From contig CP068257.2 in assembly GCA_009914755.4 (NCBI GenBank), forward strand, positions 36,736,001 to 36,800,000: DNA of 64,000 nt, read 5' to 3'. The translations under genes and the position numbers were made by a program. Positions within the stretch are counted from its first letter, which is position 1; each line of letters starts with the position of its first letter. Below, piece by piece: positions 36,771 through 50,160 of the stretch. Source of the stretch: the human T2T-CHM13v2.0 reference genome, Homo sapiens. The notes beneath the pieces were generated by a model. The model was not told where the DNA came from and did not search any database. It saw nothing but the letters and a program-made list of their open reading frames with translations.

Positions 36771-38401
36771 CATTCTATGGGGGGCATTCTGCGGGATGGG
36801 AGCTGTTTGATTGTTATTTCACATGATTGTATTAACATTCCCAGAGTGTTTCAGCTTCCGTCATTTTCTTTTTTCTAATCTATCCTGAACATTGCTGCCA
36901 GATCAGTCTTCCTGAAGCATGACTGATAATAATCATCTCAAAACATAGTCATTATTTTTATTTGAATGGTTATATGGCAGAGTTGCAAATGAAAAGCTGA
37001 GCAGAAGGCTGAGAAGAGACCACAGCCTCAGGAGCCTGGGCTACTAGATGAAAGCCAGCATGAGCAAAAAGGGCCTGTGGCTCTGTGTTTGGGACAATGT
37101 TGTAACTACCTGTGTCCATCTCTCCACGGACCAAAAGCACCCTGAGCTAAAGGACTATATCTCATTATCCTTGGCATTCATGTATGCAACAAATAATTAT
37201 TGAGCACCTAGTCTAGGCCCCAGGCTAACTAGTTTTCTTTAGATTTTCAGCTGTGTAAAAAAAATTCATTGAATTCATTAACATTAACCAAAATTTAACT
37301 TCAAAAATACAGATGTTCAATAATGATAACATTTCGTGTTTTCAATGTGTAGATTCTCTTGCAGGGATGTACACTGATTAAATCTTAATTATTCCATTTC
37401 GAACCTTATTTTGGCCTCAACGTTTAGGAAATACACATTCCATCTTGTGCTTGCAATATGCCTGTAACATCTTGGCATTTGAATTTGCAGTTGGGAATAT
37501 GCAGCATAGGCTATGAATTTCTGAAGCTGGTGCCAGCACAGCTGGTTCTGATCTGAATACAAACAAATAAAACTATGTGGTTGGCACTGAAACACTAGGA
37601 CAGGTGACAAACCTTGGCAATGCACTGGTTACAAATGGGCTAATTAAGAATCTGCACTTTCTTCTAGCATCGAAGTTCAGAAACAGACCATCGAAGATGA
37701 GCCTGAATTTGAAGTCTTGTGGTTGTATCAAGGCTCTCTTTTAAAAAATACTAGTTATTTTATCTGCTTGTATAATGGGTTGAATTGTGTTCCCTCAATT
37801 CCCTATGTTGAAATCTTAACCCGCAGTATCTAAGAATGTGACCTTTTTTGGAGATAAGATCCTAAATGAGGTAATCAAGTTATAGTAAGGTTATGGGGTA
37901 GGTATTCCAACCTGACCAATGTCCTTATGCAAAAGAGGCATTTGGACACAGAGACTGACACACACAGAGAGATGATGATGAGAAGAGACACGAGGAGATG
38001 ATGGCTATCTGTAAGCCAGGGAGAGCCCCCAGGACAGATCCCTCCCTCACAGCCCTGAGAAGGAACGAAACCTGCCACCATGACACTCTGATTTCAGACT
38101 TCCAGCCTCCAGAACTGCGAGACAATAAACTGTTGTTGTTTAAGCCACCTAATCCGTGGTACTTTGTTACAGCAGCCCTAGAAAACTATTACAGCTTGGA
38201 TTAGGTTATAATGTTCTTTGCTGAAGCTGAAATCTTAATTTATAACCCAACCCATCTTTCCATTAAGGCAAATAATTCAGTGAGACCTAAAACTAAAATC
38301 TGTTCAGTTGAAGGAATTTCTCACCAATACCAATTTACTTTTCAAAATAACCACTGCCAAAAAGTAATTTTGTAAGAAGAAAATCATCAGCAGTTTCTCA
38401 C

Positions 38402-38449
38402 CTGGATTTGCAAGGCGGCTACTTGTTGGTCCAAGAATCTGATAAGGAT
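38402..38449 (-). CDS. ERG: ERG 48-bp coding exon (encodes DPYQILGPTSSRLANP)
   Basis: Reverse complement gives ATCCTTATCAGATTCTTGGACCAACAAGTAGCCGCCTTGCAAATCCAG. The acceptor is ctgtag| (plus 38450-38451). The donor is |gtgagaaactg (plus 38400-38401). The exon is symmetric and in phase 1. Confidence 0.93.
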
Positions 38450-39065
38450 CTACAGCAAAAAGAAACAAAGTCAAATCCTAGACATAGTTGTAACATAGTA
38501 TGATGTGACTTCAGACATAATGCCTGACTTAATTGTTTTTTCAGATTTCAGAGCCGAAAATGTCCTCCAACTCCAAATCAACTGCCTCCACCTCCTCTAT
38601 GAGAGAAGATGTCACACGGCATCTCAGATGTCTTGCTAGGGGACTCCTAATTGGTGGCAGGGCTTGGATTCAACCCCAGGATCCTGACATATAGCTCAAG
38701 GCTCACACCAACCAATGATATAAAGAGGGCAAACATGTGCCAAGCCCCATCAATCCAGGGCCGTGCAGGCTGTGTTGTTTAGGCATGGAAAGTAAAATCT
38801 AAAAAATTAATGGATCACAAAGAAGCAGCCTGTGTGCACGTAGAATTTTTTTCCCTATTTATTGCATAGTTGGGGACGTGTTTTAGCACCATCTCAAGTC
38901 ACCTCGCATGAGTAGGCTGATGACTTGGGCCCTATCTTATGTATGGAGCTGTCGAAAAGAGGCAAACAATCATGTTAATTTCCATTAAAAAGTGAAGCAT
39001 TTTAGAAATGTGCTGCTGAGCCTGAATCTTCTCTTATGGTTATCCAGACGGCCCCTGAAACATAC

Positions 39066-39122
39066 CTAACTGAGGACGCTGGTCTTCAGTTTTGGGCACT
39101 GTGGAAGGAGATGGTTGAGCAG
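39066..39122 (-). CDS. ERG: ERG 57-bp coding exon (encodes AAQPSPSTVPKTEDQRPQL)
   Basis: Reverse complement gives CTGCTCAACCATCTCCTTCCACAGTGCCCAAAACTGAAGACCAGCGTCCTCAGTTAG. The acceptor is cag| (plus 39123-39125). The donor is |gtatg (plus 39064-39065). Confidence 0.93.
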   Translation of the reverse strand: MLNHLLPQCPKLKTSVLS

Positions 39123-39782
39123 CTGAAAATCCAGAAATACAAAAGGCAATTAGCTATAACAGATTTGGTCACTAGTCTTTGATGTTGTTGCATAATCATT
39201 CTATCAGTTAATTTAGTTATTAACATAATAGTCTAACTCAGAAGCATCTCACGGTAAGGAAAAATTTTCCTTTCTGATGAAATCAAATGTAAACACTGTA
39301 ACAAAAAAAGAGGACATTTCCAATTATTTAAAAAATGGATACCTCCCACTTTTTCCAAAAGTAAAAAAAAAAAAGAATTTGGAATGGCTTACCAAACAGA
39401 TTACAATAAATCATAGTCTAAGATAAACACATAAAGGGAAACCACCAGTCAAATAAAGTAAAGCCAGGGATACTTTTAAGCATGGCCAAGATTCAGGAAA
39501 TCACCGATTATTTAATGTGTACTCAAACATCCCATGAAACATGCATTTGTGAAGGTTGACATACACTACATCATTCCTTTATTTTTGTTATGAAAGTCCT
39601 GATGACCCAAATGGAGAAAGAATCACTGCAGTGAAAGATCAATTGTACTCTTGTCGTCAATGGAACAAACCCATCACATGTTGCAAAATCACAGATTAAC
39701 CACAGAAATTATTATATACTCCATCAACAGTCATCCACTGCCTGTGACATGAAACTCAGGGTCATGGGAGCCAACACTGTAC

Positions 39783-39851
39783 CTTTCGACTGGGGCGTGG
39801 GGTGGCCGTGACCGGTCCAGGCTGATCTCCTGGGGGGCTCATATGGTAAAT
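39783..39851 (-). CDS. ERG: ERG 69-bp coding exon (encodes DLPYEPPRRSAWTGHGHPTPQSK)
   Basis: Reverse complement gives ATTTACCATATGAGCCCCCCAGGAGATCAGCCTGGACCGGTCACGGCCACCCCACGCCCCAGTCGAAAG. The acceptor is cag| (plus 39852-39854). The donor is |gtacagtg (plus 39781-39782). Confidence 0.93.
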
Positions 39852-41706
39852 CTGTAAAGACAAATAAATTGACTAAAAGATCAATCATGTAATTTTTATA
39901 AGAGATGCTTTGGTTTTTTATTTGATTTTGTATTTATTAGAATAAACTTTGTGCAAAAAAATCTGGTAATCCAAAGAAATATCCCACTAGATTTGAGTTT
40001 TATTTACAAATTAAAATTTCATATATTATAGTGGTCTAAAATTCTCACCCGTTTGTCTGAAAACTTCCATTGGCAGATTCTCCCAGAGCTTTCCAACTCT
40101 TCTAATTTCCTACAACCATAAGTCAAGACCCCAATAAAAGTTTCTTACAATCTAGTTCATCCTGCTTCCACTGGGACTGATCTACATCTGTCTCTTTATT
40201 ATCTTCATGACTCATCCAAAGCAGAGTCTACAACTTGGATGAACCAGCCCATTTTTGTTTGAGGTCTGTTCCTAAATCAATCAAATGACATTCAGCTTCT
40301 TTTTCTTCTTGCATCTCCTGGGAAGTGATCGCTGCCTTATCTTTTTATTTGCCAGCTGCCTCTCTTAGCCAACTCCCATTTTCCCTTTATAATCTCATCA
40401 ATTTATATTAAATCAGTCTTATCTGATCTAGTGATTTTCATAGGCAAATGTCTCCCATTTCTAATGTTCTAAATAAATTTAGAATTTCTCTAAAATGACC
40501 TGCATGAAATGAATTACAGGACTGAAATAGTATTGCTCCCACAGCCCATTAATGATGACCTTCTGAGCTTAAGCATATGCCAAACATTTCTTTGTATTTA
40601 TAAAGTCGTATCACTTGTCCTATAAACCTTCATTTACTTTTCATATGCAAATTTAATAACTATACTTCTGCATCCTCAGTGTGAGTTCTATTAATGATTA
40701 TCAAAGCTCTATGTCATTTCAAGTTTGTTTCAAAAATATATTACAGAAACCTTATTATAATACTCTTGCTAAGAGTGCATAGCTAAGGCTATTTCTACAT
40801 GCAATCTTATTACATAACTGTTTCAAAATTATGTCTTCTTGGATTGCTTGGTCTCAGTTCAATGTCATGTGTCATTCTGGGCCAAGTGAAGGCCATGGCC
40901 AAATATCTCAGCAGGTACTTTGCTGCCAGACACCAGGAGATGTGTACAAAATTTCACTTGGAGGGTAGGACAATGCAATTGTTTTTAAGCTTCTCTTTAA
41001 ACAAATATTTTAATTTTGTTTAAAACCAGCAATTTGATGGGTCAATCTTCAAAGAGCTTGACTGTGTTGCAGAAGATGTGTCTCTTCCTATTTTCATATC
41101 CCAAAGAGAATAGAAATGATGCGCAACGTGAAAGTCAACACAGAATCTCCTTAATGTATTTGGTCTGTTTGGCTGCAAGCATCTTTGCTACTAGTGTGGT
41201 CTATGAAATCCTACCCTTCAGAGCTTTGGAGAATTAGATAATTTTTCTTTTTAAACTGATGTTACTCCTCTCTCTCAGCTGGCATTTTTGCATTTTTGGA
41301 CGTAAATCTTTTCCCACCCAGATCCTCAGATTTTCACATCTCTTGTGTTGGGGTTACACATAGGAATTATATCTGCAGCCCCTAACAATTTACAACTGAA
41401 CTTCAACTTAAGTCTCTGGGAACACTCTGCACATGGGTTCTCAGTCAGTTGCATTTTGTCTAAAATAAACTGGACAGCCAGAGTTTCAATTTGCAAATTG
41501 TCTCAGAAAGAAAAACCTACTCACAAGGCAATCCTAGCCACATCTAACCTAATTTAGGAGCAGAAAAGCACATTAACTAAGGCCTTCTATTTACCAAATG
41601 AAAAAAAGCAAGATAATACAGAAATACAGAAATATGTTCTAGATCTCTGTTTCTCAAAGGGTGGTCTGTGGACCAGCAACATCAACAATACCTGGTAGCT
41701 TGCTAG

Positions 41707-42058
<352 letters not shown>

Positions 42059-44723
42059 TCAGAATCAGCATTTTAACAAGATCCTGGGTGACTCTGGTGC
42101 ACACTGAAGTCTGAGAAAGCCTGCTCTAGACCATTGCTCTTTTCAGGAACTCTGTTCCTGCAGATGATTTCAGAAATGCTATCTAGAGTGTGCAAAGACA
42201 AACTAAAAAATGGTTGAAAGAGTTCTAGATGGATTGCTTTTACCCATGGCATAAGTATGCTAATGGAATGAATAGACAGCATCAGTAGGTTAGTCAGATA
42301 CTACCTTAAACATAAAATTGTTGCTCATGAAATGTGACTGGGAAAAAAAATAAATGCCGAACTACTATTCCCAAAATATTTTGAAACTCTTTATTCACAA
42401 AATCCTTCATATGGTGTATAACCATATCCCATCCTCCCTCGAAAATAAGTCGAAACTTAACACCAAACAGTCTACTTTTCAGCCAAGTATTTGAGACAGT
42501 TATATGAACAATGATTCACATGTTCATAAACATATTGCCGCGGAAGATAAGTGGGCTTTTGTTTTCTTCCATGACATTCTGGTCCAATGCTTCCTTATCG
42601 GCTACCGATCACATGCTGTGGGCACTAAGTATCCCCCTGTGGGATATGACATTGGGAAACATTCAACTCAGGCTCACTGAGATGGGGGACAGCCAGGGGT
42701 GACTTCTTTGGCAGCTACACCATCTCAAAACCTTCGTAGTTCTGCTCTTGACTGCTTGAAAAATCACTCCTCTATGTATCTTTGCTATGTGTCCTTTATT
42801 GATAATAGAGCATCAGACTTCCAATAAGAATATATTTTACATTTAATTTTCGCTGATCATTTCAACACCCTCTCCATTTCTCTTTGACTTTGATCTTCAA
42901 GGCAATGAACTCATATGCTTGGCAGAAGTGCCCATGTAAGGGAAGGCTGCTTTCTGGCACTGGTTCTGTTGTTTTATCTGTAAGAGACTGTGTTTAAAAA
43001 CTGAGCTTTATAGAAGTCATTGCATAGGCAGCTTGGGTGAACACAGATGTACATTACATCACAACAGTATAAAAAACAGCATGAAGCTACAAATAGGGAC
43101 TCGGCTAGTGCTGACCACTACACACCAGCAACTGTGTCGATTTCCTGGGAGCTGGGATCAGCTTCTCATTCTGAATGAGACTCCTCCTCCACCACACCCT
43201 TTTGAAGACATCACTAAATTAATACAACATTCTGGCTACCCTTTCCTGGAGGGCTAAGTTCAGCCAAGTTTTACATTCTCCCTTCATCAAACTCACTGAG
43301 GAGGAACGCTCTAGCTCTTGCCCCACACACCCCACACCGCCACCCCGCTGCCTACCCGCTTTATTTTTTAAAGGGCAAGAATGTGGATCGTGGAAGAGCT
43401 CATCCTCATTCTGCAGGATCCACACCATATCTGCAAAGCAACTCTGGAGGTTCCCTGGCTGGGCTGGATGGGAACAGATGAGATTTGCCTGCTCTTGAAA
43501 TTAGATGCTAATGGGGAACACAAATTAGGAAGAGCAAGAGCTGCTGCTAAGAACCAATCTAGAAGTGTCTGTGAAATGAAAAAAAAAGTTTGAGTCAACC
43601 TTAACATAATTAAGTTGCTCTCTATTTTCCTCCAGATCTTCTTAAAATTCTACATCAAAGTTTGAGCATGGAGTTTTGGAAACATTTTGCATTCCCTTCT
43701 TGCCTAGGTTTGCATATCCCTGTGGTTATATAAGAACTAAGCGGAAGCAAAGAATGCAATTTTAGCCATTTGCTAAGATACAGGCTTTACATAACACCTA
43801 ACTGAGAGATGCTATGCAGTAGTTGTATTGTCTCACTATGCCTAGCTGTGCTGAAAAGCACTAGGCTGTGAGCTCCAATGGAGGAATAATTTAAGATTCC
43901 AAGAAACCCCTGAAGAGCAGCAGCTTCAAAGTAGAAGCAAAGGCTGCATTTGCAGGCTTAACTCTCTAATCTCTTTTGATAACACCCCAGAGGCATATCA
44001 TAATATATGGGTTGTCATGGGGATGGAAGAGGAAAGGATGGGGTTGCAGAACATCATCCTTGGGATAGAACTGAGCTTTTGCATGACCTGCTCCTAAGAG
44101 GACAGGCAGGGTGGTGCACTGTGTAGTTAATAGGGGCTTGCAAGATTCTGTGGATCTGTTTTTGCCACTTTTTCCCCTGAGACCTCAAAGGGCTATGGCT
44201 CCAAAAGAAGTGGATTCAGCAAAAAAGAAGGGTGTTTGTAGAGGACGTACAGAAAGGGATTCTGGTCGTAGTAACTGCAACAACGTGAGAAACACGTGAA
44301 ACATCATAAAATAAAGTATAATAAAATATATATATATTTAAAAAATCATAAAACCACAGAATGTAAAATGATATGCCTATGGGTTGATACTTTATGAGAG
44401 TAGAGAAGACTGTCTCAATGCTAATTCAACAAAGGGGTTGTGAAAGAAGGTAAATCTTGAATCAGGAAAACGTGGGAAAATACTAGGTACGGGCATGCAA
44501 GGAAAAGGGATGAGGTTTGGACAAATGGCAGGTAGTGGTGGTGGCAGGGCATGTTCACATGTGGTCCCCTGTGAGGTCAGTGAACGGCCTCGGCCAATTG
44601 TGCAGGGAGACTGAACTGACACAGCAGCAGCGAGACTGACCTGACAGGGAAGCAGTCAGGGGGCTCTGGAATAAATGATCCACTTGGGAAGGTGGGCCAT
44701 GAACAGAAGAAAAGGTAGATTGG

Positions 44724-45204
<481 letters not shown>

Positions 45205-47767
45205 TTAACCAGTAAACCCTGAACACCACTGTCTCCTCTATCAGGGACTCTATAATGAAACGGCCACCATGCAGAGAAGAGACAGATTCTGGTCTAAGTA
45301 GAGTTGTTACCTAGGAGCCTGGCTTGCTTCATGGTCAGCACAATAACGCTGACCAGAGTTCGGTTCCCTCGGATGTGGGATTAGACAAAGGGTATGGAAA
45401 TGAAGATCATGGCACAGCAAACCAAGAGTGGAGGAGACAGGGATTTGGGTCTGTATCCCCAAGGACCTTCAAAGAAACAGTCAACAATCACCTTTCTGAA
45501 AGTAGTCAGGTACCCACTGACCACAGGGATATCGTCAGATTCCCAGTGACCTCCCTCTGGAGCTCGTTCAGCTCTGAAAGTTAGTGATGCAAAAGCTCTT
45601 CCCCCTCAGCCATCACGACGTTCATTCTCCAGTTGCAGGTTCACAGCTTTTATCTCCACAGGAGCAGTCCTTTAAGGTTGATCGCTTAGCAATGGATGAC
45701 CCGAGGTGTATAACTAGTTCTTATCTCCAAGTTCAAGTCCCTGAATAGGGCCTACAGTAAATAGTCCTCTGGCTTGTTCAGTCTGCTTTAAATTCTTTAC
45801 AGGTCAGATACCAATATTTGTATTGGTTCTCATAATCACAGTAGCAGCGGTCAAAACAGGTTATTTCAGGTACAAACTGAGTCGCGAAAACATACTTGAC
45901 TAGTAGTGGAGCTGTGGAAGTGTGCTCTCTCCCAGGTCACGCTCAAATTATGGGCCCATGGAAGACCACCATCAGAGCGGCATGGGAGGTGTCTGAGTTT
46001 GCCACCCTTGCCTTCCCTGGGTTGGGCAGAGAGGGAGTCCCAACCAACATCCTCACAGTCACCCTCTTCTCCATCCACCTGGATGGGCCATACCTTCCAA
46101 ATCCACCATATCCTAAAATGTGAAAACAAAGCAGCTCCAGGACCCACTGTCTTAACCAGGTAGCATCAGTCAGCTGGCTTGTCTGACAGAGAGATTGTGC
46201 CAATGAATTTGGCCAGTGTTGTGATCTTTTAACACAGTTTATAATACTAGCTCACAACCCCTGGCTTTGCAACTCAGTCAGAGGCACCTATGAGATGTCT
46301 TAACATAAACAAACAAATACAAAATTAAAAAGTAAAAAAATTTTTAAAACCCTAGCCAAATGTTTTGGAAATAGTTTTTATTTTTTTAGTTTATATGGAA
46401 ATATTTTTTAAATGCTCACAGAATTACAAAATCTCTAAAGCTTGAGTCAAACATGAATTTCTATTTTCCACTCGCAATACACGTGGTGGATGTCTTTAGG
46501 ACCAATCTTGCAGACTCTAGGCACTGGGTCTTGCCCATGTTTCAATGGCCTGTGAAATCTTTTACATGACAGAGATGACTTACTACCTCTTAGTACCCCT
46601 TAGCTGCTAAGCCTTTCCATCATGCTTCCCAGGAGCAAGACAGTAAACTTTTTCTCTGACGTTAGAGAAGAGAAAATTGCCAGCCTGAAGTCACTAGGCA
46701 GTAACCAGGGCAGTGTCAGTATTTGAACAGCCTGAGAAGCTTCCTCATTCATTCTCTTTAGCTCCCTGGGCCCCCAGTCTTTCTCATTAGAAAGAAAGAG
46801 TAGTTGCCAAGCCTAGATCTTGAACCAGTTCGAACTGAGACTTGTGTATTCCGGATATGTGATAGAGTTTAACATGAATTCTGGAAGCATGTATGAATAT
46901 GGAGAAACCATCCCACCACCCTGAACACAATGTCATCAGCTGTGAGGCTGGTACAATGATACCTAGCTTATCGGGCTGATGTAAGTCCCAGGGAGAGGAC
47001 AAATGCTAAAGGCAAGCTATACCCTTCTGGGAAATGCCCTCTCTCCCTGCTCATTATTCGTCTGGCAAACATCTAATTCCCCTTTGCCATGTGGCCATTC
47101 CTCTGGAAAGCATCTTTATGCCTTTCATGGGGGATTGAGTTCCTCCCCACCCCTGCTCCTACGCCCTGTATTGCTAGAAGTGGTTCCTCTACCATAAAAT
47201 CTATCACATTAGGGAAAACATTTATGTGTACATATGTGTCTCTCTGGCTCTAGGTCACTCTACTGAAACATCTAGAACTGGAGGCAAAACATTTCGGTTT
47301 GTTCACCATCATACCATCCGTGGCTGGCACAGAGGAGGCACTCAGCAAATGAACAAACCAAGCTGAATGAAGAAGTAAACTTTCTGAAGACAGGAAGCTT
47401 ACTGAAGCCTGGTTCATCTATATATTCCCAGAGTCTAACACCACGCTTGGCACTAATGGGCACTTGATAGATGTTTATTTTTGCATGAATGGCATGTAAA
47501 TTTATTACCTAATTAAATCATTTGGAGGACAGGCAGTAAGATTCAGATGTAAATACTACTGGTTGCATGCTTCTGCTCTGCAAGACTGGCTTCTTGTGAC
47601 ATACTGATAATCGGTCACTGTGAATCTGGGGAGTGTCCTTGTTTTGTGCTCTTCCCCCGAGGAGGGACAGATCCTTCTGTTAGTTCAAAAGTCGGCCTAT
47701 TCCTAACTGCCAGGCATCCAGGATGCCTTCTTTGCCCATCTGTCTTTCTGAAAAGCTAGTTAAAGGG

Positions 47768-47979
47768 CTAATCTGCTCTTAATTCCTTTAGTGTGGTCTT
47801 TGAATGAAATGGTTTGAGTGGATTTAGTCTCCAAATCAACAGAGGCAGAATAAGACTGTCTGGGACTGGCTTCAGCTCCGGGATCAGCTCTCTTTGTATC
47901 ACGTGACTTAGGGCACGGATCTCAGCAGGACATCTGGGATGTCTCTCAATGAAGAGATCACACAGGGGTGTTTTCGTAC
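47768..47979 (-). CDS. ERG: Possible alternative terminal coding extension: the 72-bp exon frame reads through its donor for 70 more codons to a TGA, with stop included (ERG8-like truncated isoform lacking the ETS domain).
   Basis: The six-frame ORF 47768..48073 on the minus strand continues the exon frame as ...TTRPGTKTPLCDLFIERHPRCPAEIRALSHVIQRELIPELKPVPDSLILPLLIWRLNPLKPFHSKTTLKELRAD*. Minus-strand AATAAA hexamers lie about 260-300 nt further on (plus 47474-47479 and 47502-47507). I recall an intron-terminated ERG isoform in the literature but cannot verify its sequence here. Confidence 0.35.
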
Positions 47980-48051
47980 CTGGCCTAGTTGTAATTCTTT
48001 GCGTAGCTTCAGGATATACTGAAGTATTTGGGAAAATAAAAGCTGCACCCC
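47980..48051 (-). CDS. ERG: ERG 72-bp alternatively spliced cassette exon (encodes GGAAFIFPNTSVYPEATQRITTRP)
   Basis: Reverse complement gives GGGGTGCAGCTTTTATTTTCCCAAATACTTCAGTATATCCTGAAGCTACGCAAAGAATTACAACTAGGCCAG. The acceptor is ttgtctgcag| (plus 48052-48053). The donor is |gtacgaaaac (plus 47978-47979). The peptide matches ERG isoforms that contain the 24-aa insert. Confidence 0.9.
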
Positions 48052-49962
48052 CTGCAGACAAAAGGAAAGACAAACATGTGAAGGTCTTTTGTTGTGGTTG
48101 TCGATCTCAACATCAGCGCCAAATCTACTTTTCCCTATGACAACAAAGGGAAGAGACCTCCTCAAACCTGCCTTAACAGAGCTCCGGAGAAACAGACAGG
48201 TGCACCTGTCAGATTCTCAAGATGGAAGTGAAACTTGGAGCCTTGGTGTACTCCTGTGCCCCGTTTGCTATAAAGCGTTTTGTGTTTTGATTTTATAACT
48301 TCTTGATGAAGCCCTATCTGTGTCCCCCTCAATCCCACTTCCCACTGGGCAATCTCGTTTTATTAAAAAATTATATGGTACATGTTTTATTTTTCAACTT
48401 GTATAAAAACCCATAATATATTTTACAGAGCTTTTGGAAAGTAGTATCAAGCAATTATAAGTATTTAGCCTAAGAGTATATGGATTTTATTAATAATTAA
48501 TCCACATCTCTATTCAAATGCATTTTCCCTCTCTCTCTTTTGACCAAAACTCATGCTGTTAGCTGAGAAAATTCCCTTTTCATAGTTCAGTCCATTTGGA
48601 ATTTGTTGTCTTGTTCATTGGTTTCTTCCGTGTTTAACAATAGCAAAATTTAATATATTTGGAGCTTTTTTGAAACTTTCACTCAATGGTTAAAGAACTC
48701 ATAAATAAATGTGAAATTATCAGAAAATGTGCATAGCTCAAAGGTGTTTCCTAAGAAGGGGAAGTAACTTCCTCTAAGTTATCTGTTATTTCTGGCCACA
48801 AGGTCACTAATAGGCTGATGTGTGCAACCAAAATTATTGAAAAAGTGTACTACCAACTCGAAGCAGGTTTTTTAAAACTTCAGATTAAAAAGACAATGTG
48901 TTGAATATAGAAGACCATGATAAATGAGCAATTTCATTGTAATACTCAAACCGGGACTCACTCACATTTTATATTTTAAAATAAAATGGTAAATATTGGG
49001 AAAATTGCGTATTTCTATGTGAGGGCTGATCGTGAGTTAACTGGCTGACTTGCAAGGCTTTCTGGCACTTCCCGTCTCCCTCCCTAGCCCGAGTGATTGT
49101 GGAGGGTCCCTGCAGCTAACAGAGTGGGGTGAGCAGCCGGTGGCCATGCTTCCGGAACTCTCTCCATCAGGAAGGAGCAGATGGATGTGAACCAGGAACA
49201 CATTCATCCACAGAAAACCCAGCCTCTGCTGTGAGCGGGGGGCGAGGGAGGAAGGTTAGCCAGGATGAGGCACGGTGTTAAACCCTACTTAGGCTCAGGC
49301 AAAATAAATACATAACTAAGTCAAATGTAGAGGCAACGGTTAGAGATAGAAAACAGGCATTTGGTTAGTGACTAATTTCATATTCTCCAAAATTATAGCA
49401 GAGGTTCCCTCTGAACAAAAGCTCTCAAAATGTTACAGAAATTCCCTCCTGCCTTTTGCAAACATACAAAGTCTGTAGGAAAACAAATCAAATAGCCTAA
49501 AAGTTTATTGGAAAGGAAAAAGAAAATTCCAACTTATCCTAGCAAATATTTCTTTAAGAATAAAAATGGAAAAAATTAAAGGAGGTTGCTAAGGGCCCTT
49601 TTATATCGAACATGCTTTTAGTGTCTACAGAGTCAGCACAGCGAATATATTGGGACCAACAGAAGAAGACTGTAATCCGGCAAATGTGAGCTAAGTTATG
49701 GCTAAAGGCAAATTCTGCACGTCTCCTGGTTAAAAAGGAACCCTTTGATAATCAAAGTGGGGTGCTTGGGAAGCGCTCAGAAAACCAAAGGGCTTCACCT
49801 TCCTTTAGGCTGTGGTACATTCCTAAGTATCCGAAAGTATTCTGAATCATCTACCTGCGTTCTGTCTTCCTGGCACGCGCTGACTGGTTTCCCATGAAAG
49901 CATGCAACCTGTACGTAAGACCCTACGCTCTTGCTGGGAGGCAGGGGCGGGGCCAGCATTAC

Positions 49963-50043
49963 CTGTGTTTCTAGCATGCATTAACCGTGGAGAGTTTTGT
50001 AAGGCTTTATCAACATCATCTGAAGTCAAATGTGGAAGAGGAG
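49963..50043 (-). CDS. ERG: ERG 81-bp alternatively spliced cassette exon (encodes TPLPHLTSDDVDKALQNSPRLMHARNT)
   Basis: Reverse complement gives CTCCTCTTCCACATTTGACTTCAGATGATGTTGATAAAGCCTTACAAAACTCTCCACGGTTAATGCATGCTAGAAACACAG. The acceptor is gttttgttttgtag| (plus 50044-50045). The donor is |gtaatgctgg (plus 49961-49962). Confidence 0.92.
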
Positions 50044-50160
50044 CTACAAAACAAAACAAAAAGCGACATCAAAATGAAAAAAAAAAGAGAGAGAGAGAAA
50101 GAGAATTACCTTTCTTACAAAAAAAAAAAAAAAAAAAGAAAGAAAAAGAAAGAAAGAAAA
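50044..50160 (-). promoter_or_regulatory. ERG: Very long polypyrimidine tract (minus strand; purine-rich on plus) that forms the 3' end of the intron immediately upstream of the 81-bp cassette exon. Candidate splicing-regulatory element.
   Basis: The plus strand reads ctacaaaacaaaacaaaaagcgacatcaaaatgaaaaaaaaaagagagagagagaaagagaattacctttcttacaaaaaaaaaaaaaaaaaaagaaagaaaaagaaagaaagaaaa. The minus-strand transcript is therefore roughly 115 nt of U/C-rich sequence ending in ...uuuuguuuuguag|exon. Confidence 0.5.

Noticed and set aside
45866-46203. Four overlapping 75-93 aa ORFs on both strands within about 340 bp
   Set aside because: It is a moderately GC-rich stretch with few stop codons in several frames. 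The translations are unrelated to each other and to known proteins, with no splice or start context. It is treated as chance.
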